DNA of 64,000 nucleotides from Candidatus Krumholzibacteriia bacterium (GTDB lineage Bacteria; Krumholzibacteriota; Krumholzibacteriia; Krumholzibacteriales; Krumholzibacteriaceae): NCBI GenBank assembly GCA_023131975.1, contig JAGLYV010000077.1, positions 24,546 to 88,545 of the forward strand, read 5' to 3'. Shown piece by piece: positions 60,185 to 64,000 of this stretch (position 1 is its first letter; each line of letters starts with the position of its first letter). The notes under the pieces were generated by a model. It saw only the letters and a program-made list of their open reading frames with translations, ran no database searches and was not told where the DNA came from. The position numbers and the translations under genes were made by a program.

Positions 60185-61216
60185 TCAAACCGTTCCAACA
60201 GCACCTGCCGACAGGTCCATATATTTACCGTTCATCGAATGTATAAAGACACTTTCGAGCAATAGTTTCTCCGGAAAGGAAGTACTCTTTATAGTCAAAT
60301 CCGCTACCCTGATATTCTCGAGCCATACGATTATCTCTCTTGTCGTAAACAGTGATGCCGTCTTCTTGATTCTATCGAAATAGTAGCCTCCCCCACCCCC
60401 CCCTGCTTTGATTTTAAGAAGGGATAGAAAATGTCTCGTCACAAGATACAACAATGTGGATGGCCGTTCGGCACCCGAAGAGATGATATTCGAAAGCACC
60501 GACAGCACCAGGTTCTCTTTCCCCGGCCTTATACTCTCTATAAGATCGTAAACGGCGTTTAATCTGTACCTGCCTATTACTTTCCCAATACTTTTCTCAG
60601 TAATGTCCTTTCCTTCAAATACGAGAAATACTTTGTCCAGTTCATTCTGAATATTATATAGATCGCTACCGACGCTTTCGATGAGAGAATCCGCAGTTTC
60701 CAGAGACAGGGTCACGCCTGATCTGGCAGCCTTCGTACAAATCCATTTTTTGAGGTCTTCCTGTTTCAGCTTGTCAAACCTGAGGTGTCTACCTTTTCCC
60801 CCGACTATTTTTTCAAGCTTCGAATAATCTTTTCCCGACCTTATCTTCTTCCCGCTTTCATCATGTGTGTTGAAAAACATTATGACGATAGAAGTCATTG
60901 CCGGATTTGAACAATATTCAAGGAGTTGTTTCCACTTCCCTTTCAATTTTTCCAGTTCCTTAATAAACAGGACTCGTTTCTCTCCCATAAAGGGGTAGGA
61001 ATTTGCGGTTGAAACAAACCTTTCGATATCGATCTCTGACCCATATTCCATATCGAAGTTGAAATCACAGTCGTTCCCAAGCGCGGCCGCACGGATCCGC
61101 ACTCCCATCTCTTCCATGATGTATCTTTCCTCTCCGGAAAGGAGATAGAGAGGAGCCAGATCCCCTGCATCAATATCCGAGAATATTTTCTTGTAAAACG
61201 ACAATCCCGTTTTCAT
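60185..61216 (-). CDS. holA: DNA polymerase III delta subunit
   Basis: PLYLLSGEERY, ANSYPFMGEKRV, VGSDLYNIQNELDK; follows lptE. Confidence 0.9.
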   Translation of the reverse strand: MKTGLSFYKKIFSDIDAGDLAPLYLLSGEERYIMEEMGVRIRAAALGNDCDFNFDMEYGSEIDIERFVSTANSYPFMGEKRVLFIKELEKLKGKWKQLLEYCSNPAMTSIVIMFFNTHDESGKKIRSGKDYSKLEKIVGGKGRHLRFDKLKQEDLKKWICTKAARSGVTLSLETADSLIESVGSDLYNIQNELDKVFLVFEGKDITEKSIGKVIGRYRLNAVYDLIESIRPGKENLVLSVLSNIISSGAERPSTLLYLVTRHFLSLLKIKAGGGGGGYYFDRIKKTASLFTTREIIVWLENIRVADLTIKSTSFPEKLLLESVFIHSMNGKYMDLSAGAVGTV

Positions 61217-61219
61217 TAT

Positions 61220-61741
61220 CTACCAGTCCTGGACCGTTAGCGAAAGTATACCTTCTACGATGTCTCTGTAGACATCCTCCAGAGCCTTTTCGTATGTTTG
61301 TTGCGATGTAGTCTCCAGATAATAATTTCCCGAAGAACGGATTTTCTTGTCTTGCCAGATATATTCATTTTTAGAAGTATCAAAGAGGGACGCCTTTAAA
61401 GTTATCGTCAATCTATATTGTTCCGCTTGAACTTCAGTCCCGCTTTCTGAAAACGTGTACGGAACGTTTCTGTATTCAATAATAATTGCTTCCAGAATAC
61501 CGTCAGCGTCTTCCTTCGACACGACTTTCAGTGTGTTGTCTTTCACTATTCCATCGATTACCTGTTGTGTTATCTCGATCTCCACATCAGGTTCCGGTGT
61601 CTCATTGGCCAGATACGGAATCGCTATACGTTTGATATCTCCTGCCGTTCTACTGGTAGTCCTGTAGTACCCGCAACCTAACGATACTGCTATGATTGAT
61701 ACCAGTATCGCACCAGACAATCTTTTCAGGCTGTACAGCAT
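61220..61741 (-). CDS. lptE: LptE-family LPS assembly lipoprotein
   Basis: Lipobox SLGCGY, IAIPYLANET, ADGILE, C-terminal DW; adjacent to holA. Confidence 0.8.
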   Translation of the reverse strand: MLYSLKRLSGAILVSIIAVSLGCGYYRTTSRTAGDIKRIAIPYLANETPEPDVEIEITQQVIDGIVKDNTLKVVSKEDADGILEAIIIEYRNVPYTFSESGTEVQAEQYRLTITLKASLFDTSKNEYIWQDKKIRSSGNYYLETTSQQTYEKALEDVYRDIVEGILSLTVQDW

Positions 61742-61748
61742 ACGCAGA

Positions 61749-63161
61749 TCACTCCTCTATGTTCTGCTCGAAGTTTTTGAGCCTGTATCTGAGTTTATCC
61801 CTGTTCAATCGAAGAATTCTTGATGCCTTGCTCTGGTTGTTATCAGATTCACTCATAGCCTTGTCTATAAGCTCTTTTTCCACCCCTCTGATAATATCCT
61901 CAAACGGTATCCCTTCCTCACTAAAAGGTCTGCTGAGCAGAAGCTCGATCTTGCCAGCGATCGACCTTTTAGTAACTTCCGGTCCATCCGACCTGATACT
62001 TTCTGGCAGGTGCTCAAGTTTCAGTATGTTATCCTCTTCCAGGAGTACTATACGCTCTATCACATTCTTCAGTTCGCGAATATTGCCTGGCCAGGGGTAC
62101 GCCATCAGCACCTCATACGCGGTATCGTCAATATCCCTGAAATCCTTATTGAACTTCTTGTTATATATGCTGATGAAATGTTTGAGAAGTATGAATATCT
62201 CTTCTTTCCTTTCCCTCAAAGGAGGTATGTTGATCGGGATGACTTTGAGCCGGTAATAAAGATCCTCTCTGAAATTGCGGTTCGCAACCTCGGTTTCCAG
62301 ATCGCGGTTAGTCGCCGATATTATCCTCACGCTCACATGTATGTCTTTTGTCCCCCCTACCCTCCTGAAAGACATCTTTTCAAGGACCCTGAGAAGTTTC
62401 ACCTGGATCGTAAGACTCATTTCACCGATTTCATCTAAAAAGAGGGTCCCCTTGTTAGCGAGTTCGAGAAGCCCCACCTTTTGATTCTTTGCATCTGTGA
62501 ATGCTCCCTTCTCATGGCCGAACAATTCACTTTCAAGCAGTTCCTCGGGCAAAGACGCACAGTTAATATCCAGAAAAGGTTTGTCGTGGCGAGGGCTGTA
62601 TTTATGAATCATGTTAGCTATTATTTCCTTGCCGGTACCGCTCTCTCCCTGGATAAGGACCGTCGTTGTATCGCTTTTCGCCACAGTTTTTACTATATCG
62701 TAGATCTCTTTCATCTTTGGGCTTTCCCCGGGAATATACTTGTCGTCGAAATCGATCTTGACCCTGCGTCTCAGCTGAAAGAGTTCTCTACTCAATTTCT
62801 GTGAATTCAATCCCTTCTCTATCGCAAGCAACAGTTGCTCAAGATTTACAGGCTTACTTACAAAATCGAAAGCCCCTTTCTTTATTGCAGAAACCGCCGT
62901 CTCGATATCTCCGAATGCTGTCAACATGATTACGCACGCCTCAGGAAGATCTTCCTTGATCTGCGTGAGGACCTCGATGCCGTTCATATCTGGAAGTTTG
63001 AGGTCCAGGAGGATGAGGTCCGGGAGTTCGCTTCTCGTGAGTTCAAGGGCCTGCTCTCCATTTGCCGCAGTAAGAGCTTCATATCCCTCATCCTTGATAG
63101 TCTTCTCGAGAAACATCCTTATCGTATCTTCGTCATCTACCAGAAGTATTACCGGTTTCAA
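61749..63161 (-). CDS. NtrC-family sigma54-dependent response regulator
   Basis: REC (LVDDE, LLDLKLP), GESGTGKE, ESELFGHEKGAFTDA, FLDEIGE, WPGNIREL, Fis-type HTH. Confidence 0.97.
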   Translation of the reverse strand: MKPVILLVDDEDTIRMFLEKTIKDEGYEALTAANGEQALELTRSELPDLILLDLKLPDMNGIEVLTQIKEDLPEACVIMLTAFGDIETAVSAIKKGAFDFVSKPVNLEQLLLAIEKGLNSQKLSRELFQLRRRVKIDFDDKYIPGESPKMKEIYDIVKTVAKSDTTTVLIQGESGTGKEIIANMIHKYSPRHDKPFLDINCASLPEELLESELFGHEKGAFTDAKNQKVGLLELANKGTLFLDEIGEMSLTIQVKLLRVLEKMSFRRVGGTKDIHVSVRIISATNRDLETEVANRNFREDLYYRLKVIPINIPPLRERKEEIFILLKHFISIYNKKFNKDFRDIDDTAYEVLMAYPWPGNIRELKNVIERIVLLEEDNILKLEHLPESIRSDGPEVTKRSIAGKIELLLSRPFSEEGIPFEDIIRGVEKELIDKAMSESDNNQSKASRILRLNRDKLRYRLKNFEQNIEE

Positions 63162-63999
63162 CTTTTCCTCCCTTTACAGGACGGGTCCGGGGCAGACAGA
63201 CTTTGAACGTCGTCCCCTTATCTGGCTTTGACGCCACACTCAACCTGCCTTGATGATGCTGTATAATACTATGCGAGATGAACAAACCCAAGCCTGTCCC
63301 TCCGACTTTTTTCGAATAAAACGGTTCGAAAACATTCTCAATATCGTCGCTGTCTATTCCAGGACCATCGTCGATCACATCGAAACAGATCAGCGAGTTT
63401 CCTTTCTCCAGAATCACATCCGGAATATATCCGTCATACGATCTCGTCCGTATTGTGACACTCCCCTTCTCGGAAACTGCTTCGGCTGCATTTTTCAGCA
63501 GGTTGATCAGGACTTGTGTCAACTGGTCAGGATCGACTTCGATCTTCGTTATAGCAGCATCAATCTCTCTTTTAAGTTCAATCCCCTTGCTAAAGAAGAT
63601 CTCGGAAACGCTTTTATAACTTCTTTCGATCAACTCCTCGACATCGACATCCTGATAGAGCAGGTCTCTGGGTTTTGCTACCTTGAAAAGGTCGGTGATA
63701 ATCCTGTCGAGCCTTTCGACTTCGTGCAGAATGAAAGTTATATTCTCTTCCTGTTCCTCGGAGAGACCACCCTTTCTTTCCATATACTGGATTCCAGCCG
63801 CAATTCCAGTAAGAGGGTTTCTAATCTCGTGTGCAATGGCCGAAGTAAATCTCCCAAGCATAGCGAGTTTGTCAAGATGCTTGATCTGCTCCTCCATCCT
63901 CCTGATATATGTCAGGTCCATGAAGGTTGTAATAACACCCTGCACTTCACCATCGTCCCCCATAAGCCTCGCTACATATGTCCTTATTGGAATATAGTT
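63133..63999 (-). CDS. PAS-containing NtrB-type sensor histidine kinase (5'-truncated)
   Basis: AHEIRNPL, NLLKNAAEA, DDGPGI, FEPFYSKK, GTGLGL; frame open to the window edge. Confidence 0.96.
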   Translation of the reverse strand, partial: NYIPIRTYVARLMGDDGEVQGVITTFMDLTYIRRMEEQIKHLDKLAMLGRFTSAIAHEIRNPLTGIAAGIQYMERKGGLSEEQEENITFILHEVERLDRIITDLFKVAKPRDLLYQDVDVEELIERSYKSVSEIFFSKGIELKREIDAAITKIEVDPDQLTQVLINLLKNAAEAVSEKGSVTIRTRSYDGYIPDVILEKGNSLICFDVIDDGPGIDSDDIENVFEPFYSKKVGGTGLGLFISHSIIQHHQGRLSVASKPDKGTTFKVCLPRTRPVKGGKVETGNTSGR

Positions 64000-64000
64000 C

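Overview
Mostly core chromosome of a diderm bacterium (lapA/lapB, lptE, Omp85). Gene content and a secreted protein ending in TWGAVKSLY suggest an FCB-group candidate lineage such as Krumholzibacteriota/Latescibacterota (inference only). The + strand carries long housekeeping runs: secA-smg-topA-trmFO-xerC-hslVU-argF, proS, uvrC-xerD, scpAB-rluB-hisC-cmk/plsC-ispH-rpsA, mtaB-miaB-lapAB-mutS-mutL-miaA, der-plsY-gpsA and surE-pcm-M23-sigma-apt. There are four tRNAs (Gly-CCC, Pro-GGG, Pro-CGG, Arg-CCT). The - strand carries yitJ, rpsT, a PP2C sensor and a kinase-NtrC-lptE-holA-TusA-like-leuS run. No mobile element or CRISPR was seen. The most striking region is the gene-free ~750 bp after tRNA-Arg (51979-52728), which appears to hold two small - strand transcription units. 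One is a sigma54-type promoter, a full Shine-Dalgarno, a 15-aa hydrophobic peptide (MLPIMLIIDLFWWLR) and a terminator. The other is a consensus TTGACA-N16-TATAAT promoter driving a ~136-nt end-to-end paired rod-like RNA. Other oddities are an 8-Cys insert in SecA, a Cys-less TusA-like protein coupled to leuS, a multi-GAF degenerate GGDEF protein between mutS and mutL, and a metallopeptidase-propeller-Omp85 protein. All folds and motif matches were made by eye.
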